Shown piece after piece: positions 17,951 through 28,007 of a stretch of 64,000 nt of DNA; within the stretch, counting starts at the first letter, position 1; each line of letters opens with the position of its first letter. Below the pieces are notes generated by a model that made no database searches, was not told the origin of the DNA, and was given only the letters and a program-made list of their open reading frames with translations. A program made the position numbers and the translations under genes. This stretch comes from Candidatus Hermodarchaeota archaeon (GTDB lineage: Archaea > Asgardarchaeota > Thorarchaeia > Thorarchaeales > Thorarchaeaceae): assembly GCA_048885865.1 (NCBI GenBank), contig JBHLLF010000014.1:1-64000 (forward strand), read 5' to 3'.

Positions 17951-19567
17951 ATGACAGGCGTGAAGGTTGAGAGAATGGAGGTGAAGCATCTACCATTAAT
18001 AGTTGCACTCTCCTGCCTATGGTTGTCACTGTTTGTATTGTATGTCGCAATCTTGGTAATGAATTCTGGTCATATGGTCTATACCATTGATGATGTCTAT
18101 ATTCACCTGGCTATTTCCAAGAATCTGAACGAATTCTCAGTGTTCGGCGTGACTCGATATGAGTTCAGCTCTAGTTCATCCTCGCCATTTTGGAATCTGA
18201 TAATCTCTGCAGGGTTCCTATTGGTTGGAGTTAGCGATATGTTGCCTTTGGCTCTCAATGCTGTACTGGCATCAATCGCCGTGGTGACAGTCTATGTATT
18301 GCTCAAAGACACCGGTATGAGTCCAAGGTATATCACCGGCGTACTGCTGTCATTTGTCTTCTTCACGTCACTGCCAGGTCTCGTCTTCACAGGAATGGAG
18401 CACATTCTACACATTATCCTATCACTGATCTTTGTTGTCCTCGCATCGAGAGTCCTCTCTGGCGATGTGCGCTTCGGCAGGGAATCGTTCCTTTTATTCA
18501 TGGTGACTCCTTTCGTTTCTGCCATTCGCTTTGAGACCATATTCCTTGCCATACCCGTAGTCCTCTTGTTCTTGATGAAGAGAGACTGGACCCACGCTTT
18601 GATAGTTCTGGGTATGACAGCAGTTCCATGGATCGTATATGGCATCGTTTCCGTACAGAATGGTTGGCTCCTTCTTCCAAACTCACTCATCGTAAAAGGG
18701 TTGGCGGCTATAGATAATGGCATTGGCTGGTTCTTCGTTCGTGGTATTGCTAACTTGGTGGTATCACCATACTTACTTGCACTCTTAATCGCATCTGTCA
18801 AATTGCCTCGGATCCAAGAACAAGGATTCTGGCACATTGACAACGTGATGAAGTTGCTTTTCGTTACATCATGTCTGTTGCATCTACAGTTTGGTTCGAT
18901 CGGATGGTTCTTCAGATATGAGGCTTACTTGGTCGCACTTGGAATATTCACAGTTGCAGTTAGGGGCTACCGATTCCTGTCCGGACTCAATCTAGGCTCA
19001 TTGAGTGTTTCAGCAATCCAGACAGGTCCAAAAAGGACCCGTTTATACTCATTGGGCCTGATTATGCTGTTCATCACACCATTAGCGGCACGGGGGGCTC
19101 TGTGTATTGCGTGGACACCCATTGCATCTAATAACATCTACAATCAGCAATATCAGATAGCCCTCTTTCTCGACAGTTTTTATACCGGTGAAACTGTCAT
19201 GATGAATGATATCGGTTGTGCAAACTACCTGTCCGATATCGTGTGTGTTGACAAGTGGGGTATTGGGACCCTAGATATTGGTACATCGTGGCTGGATGGT
19301 TCGATTAGTGTAGACATGATTCGAATCACCGCAGCCGACCATGGGGTCAAGATTGCTATAGTATACTTAGATGGGCTTGTCCCCGAGGAGTGGGAAATAG
19401 TAGGCTATTGGACCATACCAAACAATGTTGCAGCATATAACAGCACAGTTGCATTTCTTGCAGTGATGCCGTCTGAGAGAGACAGACTCATAGTCAACCT
19501 AATACAATTTTCATCGGTTCTTTCTGAAGACGTCACGGAGAGTGGTCTGTACACCACAATAACCTAA
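17951..19567 (+). CDS. Polytopic membrane protein, GT-C glycosyltransferase-like
   Basis: DDVYIH early loop, SSSPFW, GMEH, RFE, RYE motifs, many TMs. Confidence 0.65.
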   Translation: MTGVKVERMEVKHLPLIVALSCLWLSLFVLYVAILVMNSGHMVYTIDDVYIHLAISKNLNEFSVFGVTRYEFSSSSSSPFWNLIISAGFLLVGVSDMLPLALNAVLASIAVVTVYVLLKDTGMSPRYITGVLLSFVFFTSLPGLVFTGMEHILHIILSLIFVVLASRVLSGDVRFGRESFLLFMVTPFVSAIRFETIFLAIPVVLLFLMKRDWTHALIVLGMTAVPWIVYGIVSVQNGWLLLPNSLIVKGLAAIDNGIGWFFVRGIANLVVSPYLLALLIASVKLPRIQEQGFWHIDNVMKLLFVTSCLLHLQFGSIGWFFRYEAYLVALGIFTVAVRGYRFLSGLNLGSLSVSAIQTGPKRTRLYSLGLIMLFITPLAARGALCIAWTPIASNNIYNQQYQIALFLDSFYTGETVMMNDIGCANYLSDIVCVDKWGIGTLDIGTSWLDGSISVDMIRITAADHGVKIAIVYLDGLVPEEWEIVGYWTIPNNVAAYNSTVAFLAVMPSERDRLIVNLIQFSSVLSEDVTESGLYTTIT

Positions 19568-19897
19568 TGAAACGTCAGAGTACTGAGAAACTCAGACGCT
19601 GAGTCCCGTTTCAACAGAATGCAGTTCTTCTGTGTGTTCCTTCTATATGATTCGATACCAAGTCTCTTCACCAAACGGACTCCCTCTTAGCTTGTCATAC
19701 GGCCAGTGAACTCAGAAACAGAAATTGTATTGGGTTCCAGAAATGTTACGCAAATCTCTAGCTCTAGATTTGAGAGTGTGATGGCGTTGAAATGCATCTT
19801 TATTTGGCGCATAGCATCGCGTTTTCAACGTGCCCGTATTCGCGACTTGGTGCTGTATTTCGGTAGATCTGCAAAACAGGAAAAAGGGAGATTTTGA

Positions 19898-21034
19898 ATG
19901 AGAAGGAACAAGGTATTGCTACTAAACTCTCTTCTAATTATTGCTCTTCTGACTTTCAATTCAGGCCTAAACGCAGGTGCCTATTCCGGTGAAACACTGG
20001 AACTGAAAGAGATAGGGCAGTTTCAAACCGCTGGATGGGCGGCGAATGTCAATGTGAAGGGTGGAACTGCATATGTAGCGGCCTCCGAGGCTGGTTTGTA
20101 TATTATAGATGTGACAGACCCTGAAAATCCAATAGAGATTGGAAGATACAATGCAACCATAGATCACATTCATGCGCTGTATGTTGAAGGGGATTTGGCG
20201 TATCTAGGGGACTATACCCTCGGATTGAAAATTGTGAATATATCAGATCCAACCGAACCAACACTTGAAGGTACATTTCACGATGGGGGAGAAGTAGGGG
20301 CATTCGAGATAATTGGGAATCTTGCGTTCATTGCTGATTTTGAGGATGGTCTCGAGATTGTGAACATTACCGACCCGACGGACCCTGAAGAAATAGCCCA
20401 ATATAATGCAACTCTCAACTACTTATTCAATGTTGAAGTGTACAACGATTTGGCTTATGTTTCTGATTTCATTTCTGGAACTGAGAGTAGACTAAGAATT
20501 CTGAACATTTCTAACTTGTCAGATATTGAAGAGATTGCCGAGTATACAACCGAAGGCGAGATTTTTTCAATTGAATTTGACGGAAACATCGCGTATATGA
20601 TGTGGTCCTACGGTGGCGTTAGAATTTACGACATAAGCAATCCACTTTCGCTTGTCGAGATGGGTAGCTATTATGATGGAGGAAATGCTGTCGATTTGGA
20701 GTTCTATGAAGGTTACACGCTTGTTGCCGATAGAGATGATGGTGTGGAAATCCTAGATACTAGTGATCACGATAATATCGTTGAAATTTCGCATTATTGC
20801 GATGGCGGGAGCGCGACAAATATCGCAGTAGTCAATGACTTGGTATTTGTGGCAGATGCAGATGATGGGCTAGAGATTCTTCAAATTGAGATTTCAACTG
20901 AAACGACTAGTACGACTTCGACCACTACGACTGGTACTGGGGGTTCTTCCTTACCCATTGAATTGTTAATTGTTGCCGCGAGCACGATAGCAATTCTAGC
21001 CATAGTATTGGTCGTGAAAACCAGAAAAGAGTAA
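19898..21034 (+). CDS. LVIVD-repeat surface protein with C-terminal anchor
   Basis: Signal peptide, LVIVD repeats, Thr/Ser linker, PIE-TM-KTRKE. Confidence 0.9.
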   Translation: MRRNKVLLLNSLLIIALLTFNSGLNAGAYSGETLELKEIGQFQTAGWAANVNVKGGTAYVAASEAGLYIIDVTDPENPIEIGRYNATIDHIHALYVEGDLAYLGDYTLGLKIVNISDPTEPTLEGTFHDGGEVGAFEIIGNLAFIADFEDGLEIVNITDPTDPEEIAQYNATLNYLFNVEVYNDLAYVSDFISGTESRLRILNISNLSDIEEIAEYTTEGEIFSIEFDGNIAYMMWSYGGVRIYDISNPLSLVEMGSYYDGGNAVDLEFYEGYTLVADRDDGVEILDTSDHDNIVEISHYCDGGSATNIAVVNDLVFVADADDGLEILQIEISTETTSTTSTTTTGTGGSSLPIELLIVAASTIAILAIVLVVKTRKE

Positions 21035-21047
21035 AACACTAGGATGA

Positions 21048-22064
21048 CTAGGACTCATGCAAGGAAGACTCTAGTCCGAAGGATCTTCGTCTGATTATGT
21101 CAGATTCAGCTAACAAGCCGGATTCAATTAGCACTTCTTCCAATTTTAGACGCAGAGGGAAGATATTGCCAACAACTCTAGGATAAGAAACATAGTCCTC
21201 AATCGATTTGATGGATGGATCTTCTTTAAGACCCCGAATCATGGATATCCCTTTACCTGGGCGATCAATGATCATGCCCACATCAACAATTGAATCGTTA
21301 GTAGTTATGCTGGACCACCAGAATTCATCTGGATATTTGTGGTATAGATCCATAATAATATCCCGAGCATTTGTTTGTGATTCATCAAAACGAATTTTCA
21401 ACCGATATTCCATATCTCCTAATGCAAATATGTTATAGCCAACAGTAATGTGGATGCCTCCGCCTTCTTCTAACTCGCGTAGGACTTTCCGGACCCGTCT
21501 TGGAGTCAAGCCTGTTTTCCGTGCTATTTGGGCCACTGGCATTCTAGCATTTTCGTATAAACACCTCAGCACTCTTAACTGATGACTAGTAAATGTGACC
21601 TTCTTTCCTCTCGTGTTCAAATGATAGTTCGGGATGTTAGGAAAAAGAAAGACAACAGGCCTCATTTCTACATCGATAGTTCCATCAAGATCTTCAAGAT
21701 ACTTCTTGAGACCCAATGTTTCAGAGGCACCTGATACCATAGCCCAGTATTCATATCGCATATCACCGGTACGATAGATCTCACATACTATACCCTGTTT
21801 AGCGACTTGTTTCATGAACTCCACTACTTTCTCAGTCCCATCTGTTGATATTACACCATGCACGTGTTCTGCGCCTAGCATTTCCACACTCACAATAACT
21901 ACAAAGTCTACAAGCAGTTTCTGTTCGAGCAGCCTATGGATTCGATTCTTGACAGTATTTGGAGAAGTTCCGAGTTTTCGAGCAATCTGTTGGTAGCTCA
22001 TCCTCCCATTGCCGCACAATTCGCAGATTAAAGCCCAATCCACCGGATCCAAACCACTCACCAT
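21048..22064 (-). CDS. Double-domain Lrp/AsnC winged-helix regulator
   Basis: LDPVD..LI.EL..NGR.SY..IA plus a second HTH (LYENARMPVAQIARKTG). Confidence 0.85.
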   Translation of the reverse strand: MVSGLDPVDWALICELCGNGRMSYQQIARKLGTSPNTVKNRIHRLLEQKLLVDFVVIVSVEMLGAEHVHGVISTDGTEKVVEFMKQVAKQGIVCEIYRTGDMRYEYWAMVSGASETLGLKKYLEDLDGTIDVEMRPVVFLFPNIPNYHLNTRGKKVTFTSHQLRVLRCLYENARMPVAQIARKTGLTPRRVRKVLRELEEGGGIHITVGYNIFALGDMEYRLKIRFDESQTNARDIIMDLYHKYPDEFWWSSITTNDSIVDVGMIIDRPGKGISMIRGLKEDPSIKSIEDYVSYPRVVGNIFPLRLKLEEVLIESGLLAESDIIRRRSFGLESSLHES

Positions 22065-22381
22065 GTTTCCGCTGACTTGGGAAACGGTTCTTAGTCGTCA
22101 GATGATTTTGAAAAACAACGTTCCCAACAGCTTATGCAATTATATACAACGGCTTGTTAATATAACTCCCTTCTAAGTGAATTTTCCGCAATGCGCAGTG
22201 TCGAATGTTGCTAATGTGCCATGTTTTCTACCGTTTTTAGCACCATACTCTCCCGTCCTTTGATATTCTAGAAGATGGCATAGCAGATTGCAATATGCTA
22301 GTCGCGCAAGCAACTTGGTGTATTGAATGACTATGAAAAATCAGCATTCGCGTAATTTAGTGCTAAAGGGTCAATTGGGAG

Positions 22382-22969
22382 ATGAATAAGCTGAGGAAAA
22401 TTGGTGTTGTGCTAGTATTGTTTGCCTTATCACTTGCGTTGGTTGCGATTCCAGAGGCGGCGGCTACAAGACCTATGACTGGTTCTATGGATTTGGAGTT
22501 TAATTTACTGTGGCCAGGAGCAGGAGATAAGGTTCCTGACTGGGTCGGGACTATAACCATCGACGGGAAAGAGTATGGCATGTTGTTCTTCGCCATTGGT
22601 TCGGGCAAGTCGTTTGTCACTGACCTCGCAAATCTCAAAGGCAATATACATTTCTTTGAGGAGATTTGGGCGATTTATGACATGGGCGATCAAAGCTTTC
22701 CTGAGATACCGAATGGAGATGACCCTGCCTGGGCATATTGGTTGCCAATGAACAGTCCCGACGAACTAGTTCTATGGGGCCATGACAAAGGTCAAACGAA
22801 TCTTCAGACCAATGACTATCACATGGCTGGGAATGTCGAAATGGCAGGTGGGAGCTTCTCGAAATATGATGGCCGAAGTGTCCATATGAGTGGGGAGATT
22901 ATTTGGTACGAATCAGGACCATTTGCGGGAGCTCCTCATTTCGCACCTGGATACTTCAGAATCAACTAG
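22382..22969 (+). CDS. Secreted hypothetical protein
   Basis: Signal peptide; divergent from the Lrp regulator. Confidence 0.75.
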   Translation: MNKLRKIGVVLVLFALSLALVAIPEAAATRPMTGSMDLEFNLLWPGAGDKVPDWVGTITIDGKEYGMLFFAIGSGKSFVTDLANLKGNIHFFEEIWAIYDMGDQSFPEIPNGDDPAWAYWLPMNSPDELVLWGHDKGQTNLQTNDYHMAGNVEMAGGSFSKYDGRSVHMSGEIIWYESGPFAGAPHFAPGYFRIN

Positions 22970-23142
22970 AGCAAGACAAGAGGTGAATCTAGGAGGCACT
23001 TGGTGCAAATCAAGATGCCTCTCTTTTTTTGCTTGTTGTGCGCGACCGTTTCTGAATCAAACCTAATTGGTTAAAGGAGGGGATTGTATATGCTTGACAG
23101 GATTGCCAATAAAAGCGCCATGATTCGAAATGTCGGTGAGCG

Positions 23143-24180
23143 ATGATAATGGCTGTTGTAGCAATTATGCAAAATGATAGCATTAGAACTGCCGTTGCGG
23201 AGTCAGTTCGATTGCTTGGGGGGATTCAGAGTTTTGTGCAACCACAGGATAGAGTAGTAATTAAACCAAACCTGGTTTTTGGCTTACCTCCATTTACTGG
23301 GTTCACAACAGATCCACCGGTTGTTCAAGCCATCATTGAACTATGCCAAGACGCGGGTGCTGCAGATGTGAGCATAGCTGAGGGTTCAAGTTGTGTTGAC
23401 ACCAAACTAGCATTTCGAGCATGCGGGTACGTAGAGTTGGCTGAGCAATATGGTGTGAAGTTGATAGACTTGAATGAAAGTCCTACTAAGGATGTTATTG
23501 TCCCAAAGGGTCAGTCAGTCCAAGAGTTGCAGGTTCCCGGAGTCATACTTGATTGCGATGCGCTAATCAACGTGCCAAAGCTCAAGATATACAGACGGAC
23601 TTCAGAAAAAAGAGAGTGGGCTAGTTTGGCAGTCAAGAATCTTATGGGAGCCCTTCCTGGAAAGGGGGATTACTCACACAATCGTCCTTCAGGATTCTGC
23701 TGTGAACTCTCCCCAGAGTTCCTGACCACCGAGGGCAAGTACTACCATTCCGCCCATCGTCAGTGGTGGAGCCCAAGTGGAGAGAAGAGACGAATTCACA
23801 AGAATCTCGCTCAGGGATTGGTGGACCTTAACTTGGCACTCAGACCAACTCTCAACATTATTGATGGCATAGTTGTAAGCGGTGATGTGGAAATGACAGA
23901 AACAGTAGGTCAAGATCCATTTAATCTCAGTACAATCTTCGCCAGCCAAGATCCTCTTGCTCTTGATTTCATCGCAGTGAAAATCGCTGGATTCAATCCC
24001 TTTAACATATCATACCTCAAACAAGCAGCAGAAAGGGGATTGGGCGAATCGGACTACAACCGTATTCAAGTGCTTGGTACTCCACTAGCTACAATAATCG
24101 AAACATGGAAGAAAGGACGGAAGACTCAAGCATATCCAAACCACAGCAGAAGAAACCAATCAGTCCTGTCTAATGGTTAA
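23143..24180 (+). CDS. DUF362-domain protein
   Basis: VVIKPNLV, TTDP, INVPKLK, AVKNLMG, IIDG, DPLALD. Confidence 0.88.
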   Translation: MIMAVVAIMQNDSIRTAVAESVRLLGGIQSFVQPQDRVVIKPNLVFGLPPFTGFTTDPPVVQAIIELCQDAGAADVSIAEGSSCVDTKLAFRACGYVELAEQYGVKLIDLNESPTKDVIVPKGQSVQELQVPGVILDCDALINVPKLKIYRRTSEKREWASLAVKNLMGALPGKGDYSHNRPSGFCCELSPEFLTTEGKYYHSAHRQWWSPSGEKRRIHKNLAQGLVDLNLALRPTLNIIDGIVVSGDVEMTETVGQDPFNLSTIFASQDPLALDFIAVKIAGFNPFNISYLKQAAERGLGESDYNRIQVLGTPLATIIETWKKGRKTQAYPNHSRRNQSVLSNG

Positions 24181-24190
24181 GATGATGAGA

Positions 24191-24217
24191 ATTGTCACGG
24201 CTTGTGAGGTATTCGGG
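24191..24217 (+). repeat. ACAD 3'-end copy, degenerate left part
   Basis: att gtc acg gct tgt gag gta ttc ggg (IVTACEVFG vs IVMAREIFG). Confidence 0.8.
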
Positions 24218-24255
24218 AACCGAGTTCCCATGAAGAGTATCTTACTGTCAGGGAA

Positions 24256-24690
24256 TTATAACATCCTATCCAGAATCTTGGAAACATCTTCAACGAATTT
24301 TGAGCAGTTCTTGAAGGCTCCTACTTCAAATGCCCGCTTCACATCATCATCTGAGAGCAGGTCATGATCGATTAACTCCCGACAGAATATTGTTCCATTG
24401 AGGGCTTTGAATTCATCCATAAGCTTGACTGCAGCTTCGTTGACTCTTGCTTCCATTGGTGATCCACCATATTTCAGACCAAGAACCATTAGTGCACCAT
24501 TTACAGCTCCGCAAATGTTGCCAGTTCTTGCTACTCCCCCACTGAATGCGGAGGATATCTTCATACAGGTCTCAAAGTCGACCTTTCCTGAGCTTAGATG
24601 TTCACCGTATATGGCGAATATTGCTTGAGCACAGTGTGCCCTTTGTCCATCCATGAGTTTCTTTGCCTTATTTGAGAGATCTGATGACAT
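24256..24690 (-). CDS. C-GCAxxG-C-C family putative redox protein
   Basis: HCAQA, ICGAVNG, FCREL, NC. Confidence 0.88.
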   Translation of the reverse strand: MSSDLSNKAKKLMDGQRAHCAQAIFAIYGEHLSSGKVDFETCMKISSAFSGGVARTGNICGAVNGALMVLGLKYGGSPMEARVNEAAVKLMDEFKALNGTIFCRELIDHDLLSDDDVKRAFEVGAFKNCSKFVEDVSKILDRML

Positions 24691-24776
24691 GGGTTGAATT
24701 AATCTTGAAATAACATAAGGCTTAGCGCAAGAGTAGAAGATGCATTCAACGTCCTCCCTCGTTCGTTCTTTTCATC

Positions 24777-25370
24777 TCAAGCAATCTGGCTTGACATCAG
24801 ATGCGCCACCAGAGGAGTCCTGTTCACCACAAAGCCCGCCATGGTCCAAGCCATTGCTGCATACATAAAGAGAAACTTAGCAAGGGCAAAGCTTGAGTGA
24901 GCGATCGCGAGCCAGCCAGCGAACCCTACTGGGTCTGCAGTCATCGAGAGCAGGAACACATTCTCAATCCCGTCTAGGACAGCAGCTATGACCCCGGCCC
25001 ATGCAAGTGATAGGCCAATCCTCTTTGGGAAACCGCTCTTATAGTTCCATGAAATGAGTCTGGCGGCACTGAAAAAGAAGATGCCGTAGAACAGCATGAA
25101 GAGATAGTCAGCAAGGTTTGCTGTAATGAAGAGTCCCATATCTGTAGGACTCATGAGTGAGAAATAGTTCCTAATGACCTCTGCATTGAAACCGAGCTGA
25201 GTGTCTTCCATTGTACCAGCATAGCCGGATAGCTGCAACAGGACTATCACAAGCGTCGCAGCGAGCATCAGTAGCGGGAAACTTGCAAGTGTGATGCGGC
25301 GTAATCTTCTCTGCTCGTCTTCGGATTTCCTTTGTTCACTATTCGAATTTATCAAGCGAATCAGCTCCAT
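24777..25370 (-). CDS. Membrane protein, probably TetR-regulated
   Basis: Hydrophobic; DYLFM..Y and LDGIEN motifs; start placed at MELIR because the upstream GTG lies in the operator. Confidence 0.75.
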   Translation of the reverse strand: MELIRLINSNSEQRKSEDEQRRLRRITLASFPLLMLAATLVIVLLQLSGYAGTMEDTQLGFNAEVIRNYFSLMSPTDMGLFITANLADYLFMLFYGIFFFSAARLISWNYKSGFPKRIGLSLAWAGVIAAVLDGIENVFLLSMTADPVGFAGWLAIAHSSFALAKFLFMYAAMAWTMAGFVVNRTPLVAHLMSSQIA

Positions 25371-25371
25371 T

Positions 25372-25415
25372 AGTGAATGAACGTTCACTTATCAATAAGT
25401 GAATGAGCATTCATT
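25372..25415. promoter_or_regulatory. Two palindromic TetR-type operators
   Basis: AGTGAATG-aa-CGTTCACT (25372-25389) and AGTGAATG-ag-CATTCATT (25398-25415). Confidence 0.7.
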
Positions 25416-25447
25416 TATATGTCTTTCTTGATACGCAATAGCTCACA

Positions 25448-26017
25448 ATGAGGACACGCGACCAGACAAAATACGACTCGATTGTCAAAGCAACTATCGA
25501 TTTGACCAACAGGCTGGGCTTTGACGGCATCTCTATCTCGAAGATTGCGAAGAAGGCAAAGGTTTCACCAGCAACCATCTACATCTACTTCAAAAACAAG
25601 GAGGATCTCTTCACCAAGCTGTATATTGATATTAGAAACAAGATGAGCCAGGGCGCACTAGAGGGGATTGAGGAGGGAATGACAATAGAGGAGACCTTCA
25701 AGTCCATTTGGTACCACTCTTTTACCTTCAACCTCAAGCACCCAGAGTATCTCACGTATCGAGAGCATTTTGAACAGACTGCGATGATGAGGAAGATCAG
25801 ACCGGAGGACTTCGAGCTCTTTCAGACGGTTGATGACCTACTCAAACGAGGCATCAAGGAAAAGACAATCATGGATCATCCCCTTCCGATCCTAACTGCT
25901 TTTGCCTATGTCCCCATCATCACTCTTCTGAAATACCATCATGTAGGGATAATGAAGATGGATGAGGATAATATCAGGCAGGCATGCGAGATTGCTTGGA
26001 GTGCAATACATTCGTAG
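25448..26017 (+). CDS. TetR/AcrR regulator
   Basis: GFDGISISKIAKKAKVSPATIYIYFKNKEDL. Confidence 0.95.
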   Translation: MRTRDQTKYDSIVKATIDLTNRLGFDGISISKIAKKAKVSPATIYIYFKNKEDLFTKLYIDIRNKMSQGALEGIEEGMTIEETFKSIWYHSFTFNLKHPEYLTYREHFEQTAMMRKIRPEDFELFQTVDDLLKRGIKEKTIMDHPLPILTAFAYVPIITLLKYHHVGIMKMDEDNIRQACEIAWSAIHS

Positions 26018-26049
26018 TCATGGTCGCTATATATCCGAAAAGTGGTATC
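26017..26049 (+). repeat. Possible highly degenerate ACAD 3'-end copy
   Basis: gtcatgg-tcgctatatatccgaaaagtggtatc vs gtcatggctcgtgagatattcggacctgactatc. Confidence 0.4.
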
Positions 26050-26069
26050 CATAGAATCAAGATCAGATT

Positions 26070-26180
26070 TCAGATCCAAAATGCTATGAGAAGAACAAGG
26101 AGTATTGCAACAACCACTCCGATTATTGTAGCGACAATTCTTTTCAGATTCAATGAAGGTTCATCTCCAAGAAACGTCAT
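26070..26180 (-). CDS. 36-aa single-TM ORF or truncated gene remnant
   Basis: MTFLGDEPSLNLKRIVATIIGVVVAILLVLLIAFWI*; its ATG lies within a repeat remnant. Confidence 0.4.
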   Translation of the reverse strand: MTFLGDEPSLNLKRIVATIIGVVVAILLVLLIAFWI

Positions 26181-26191
26181 GACACGGGAGA
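26173..26191 (+). repeat. ACAD 3'-end copy, short left part
   Basis: aacgtcatgacacgggaga, immediately next to the stop of 26192-26572. Confidence 0.65.
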
Positions 26192-26572
26192 CTACCTAGG
26201 CGGTATTAGAATCTCAAACAAATCGATATCAGGTTCAAAGGACAACTCCAAAACTGCAGTCCAAAGAATATCATCTTCCATTGCTTCTAGTCTGAACCCG
26301 TGTTCATGCAGCCGCAAGATGTAATTTAGATAGGCAATCAATGTAGATATTGCCTTTTTATGGCTCAATTGAGTTGATTCGGTTTTTACTGAGAGAGAGA
26401 GTTCAACCTCGATTGTATTAGATGAGTAATCAGCTCTTCTGACGAATAGGATTCTGACCCAATCATTACTGTACAAGATAAAGGGTAGACCATTTTCGAG
26501 ATCGATTTCAGAAATAATGAGGGGAGAGGCAATTGCTTGCCTATACTCCTCTCTAAGTTCTGAAGCTTTCAT
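26192..26572 (-). CDS. Hypothetical protein
   Basis: ORF; start MKASEL chosen to avoid overlap with the next gene. Confidence 0.7.
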   Translation of the reverse strand: MKASELREEYRQAIASPLIISEIDLENGLPFILYSNDWVRILFVRRADYSSNTIEVELSLSVKTESTQLSHKKAISTLIAYLNYILRLHEHGFRLEAMEDDILWTAVLELSFEPDIDLFEILIPPR

Positions 26573-26612
26573 GGTCAATCCCACTTCAATTCTAGCTTTC
26601 AGATAGATGTCC

Positions 26613-26795
26613 TCAAGACTTGCCAGTAACGGTATTGAGACCCGCAACACCCAAACAGAATAGTGCGATTCCAATCATTGATTGATCTACGGGTTGTCCA
26701 AGGAAGGGCAATACAATGACTGCCACACCCATTGCCAGCGCAATCGCATAAAGGATTGCAAGGACGATCTTTTGTGGGGACATTTGAGTTGACAT
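26613..26795 (-). CDS. Small two-TM membrane protein
   Basis: LYAIALAMGVAVIVL...MIGIALFCLGVAGL. Confidence 0.7.
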   Translation of the reverse strand: MSTQMSPQKIVLAILYAIALAMGVAVIVLPFLGQPVDQSMIGIALFCLGVAGLNTVTGKS

Positions 26796-26952
26796 TTTAT
26801 TCATCTTCTCCATTTGACACCAGAATTCCTGGTGACAGAGCAAAGACTGGCCAGTATATTATGTAATGGGAGCAGTCTAGTACTGAATCAGGGAAATTAC
26901 GACCTGAGAAGTTCGGAAAAATGAACGAGATAGTTCAAAAAGCGGGAAGATA

Positions 26953-27876
26953 TCATACTAGTTTCTGGACTAGGCCATAGGCTGCAAACTTCTCCTCCAG
27001 CCAGTATCTTCGTACATCAGGAAAGCTATAGCTTTCACCACCCATAATTGAAATTGCGGACTTGACGAATTTCGCAGATCTGATTTTCTCAATCAATGGA
27101 GTTATTCCCTTAACGCTGTCAACGAGTAAAGCAGCGAATATTATTGGTTCAGTTGCTGAAATCATTGGAACCCAGAATTCGGGGAAGTCAGTGCTAAGCC
27201 ATCCCAGAATGTCTGAGAGTTCTTTCTGCTGCTCATCCCATTCAATCTTTGCCAGGAATGTTATACTATCAGCAGCGTTCAAGCGAAGTCTCGCTCCAAA
27301 CCAAATACTGTCACCGTCAATTAAGCCATTCAGGATTCGTCGCACAGTCTTAGCTGAGTACTCGCTACATTCCGCAATTTTACTCAATCGCATTCTTGGA
27401 TCATTGATAATACAGCGGAGGATTCTGAATTCTTGTTGAGTCAACTCAATTTTGGACCCTCGGTTCATGAGTAATTGATACACTTCGATATCCTTGACGG
27501 GCTGTTGACTTCTGAGAAACTTGTTGAATTCAGCTAGCTCTTCCAATCCCGTATACACTGCATATACAATGTAACCTCCTCCGGAAACAGTTCCAACCTC
27601 ATTTATCATGCGATTCTGACCTAGCTTCGCAATGAATTCAGATTGGTCTTCTTCACCTGATGTAGAGATGAAAGCAAGTGCCCAATCCCCATCCATCATT
27701 CCAACATTCGGTTCTATGCAGAATTCAATAATCCCTGAGTCTAGCAGTTTCTGGACTCGTTTCTTGATTGCATTCATCGTGACACGATGTTTCTTAGCTA
27801 TTGCTTGATAGGACTGCCTGCAATTCTGAAGCAAGTCCATTATAATCATCTTGTCAAGTTGGTCCAAGCGACTCAC
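26953..27876 (-). CDS. Double-domain Lrp/AsnC regulator
   Basis: LDQLDKMIIMDLLQNCRQSY plus a second HTH (DPRMRLSKIA). Confidence 0.87.
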   Translation of the reverse strand: MSRLDQLDKMIIMDLLQNCRQSYQAIAKKHRVTMNAIKKRVQKLLDSGIIEFCIEPNVGMMDGDWALAFISTSGEEDQSEFIAKLGQNRMINEVGTVSGGGYIVYAVYTGLEELAEFNKFLRSQQPVKDIEVYQLLMNRGSKIELTQQEFRILRCIINDPRMRLSKIAECSEYSAKTVRRILNGLIDGDSIWFGARLRLNAADSITFLAKIEWDEQQKELSDILGWLSTDFPEFWVPMISATEPIIFAALLVDSVKGITPLIEKIRSAKFVKSAISIMGGESYSFPDVRRYWLEEKFAAYGLVQKLV

Positions 27877-28007
27877 CAGTCATTAGGTCAGCTGATTATG
27901 GGAGCCAATAACAGGGCTCCATCCAATTGAATTTATCCGCTAAGCAACTGTTGCTAAGATGCGGATATTTAACAATAGTTATTAAGCAAAGGTTGCACGC
28001 GCGGCTC

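Noticed and set aside
26891-26910. gggaaattacgacctgag as another ACAD repeat remnant
   Set aside because: Too short and gapped to tell from chance
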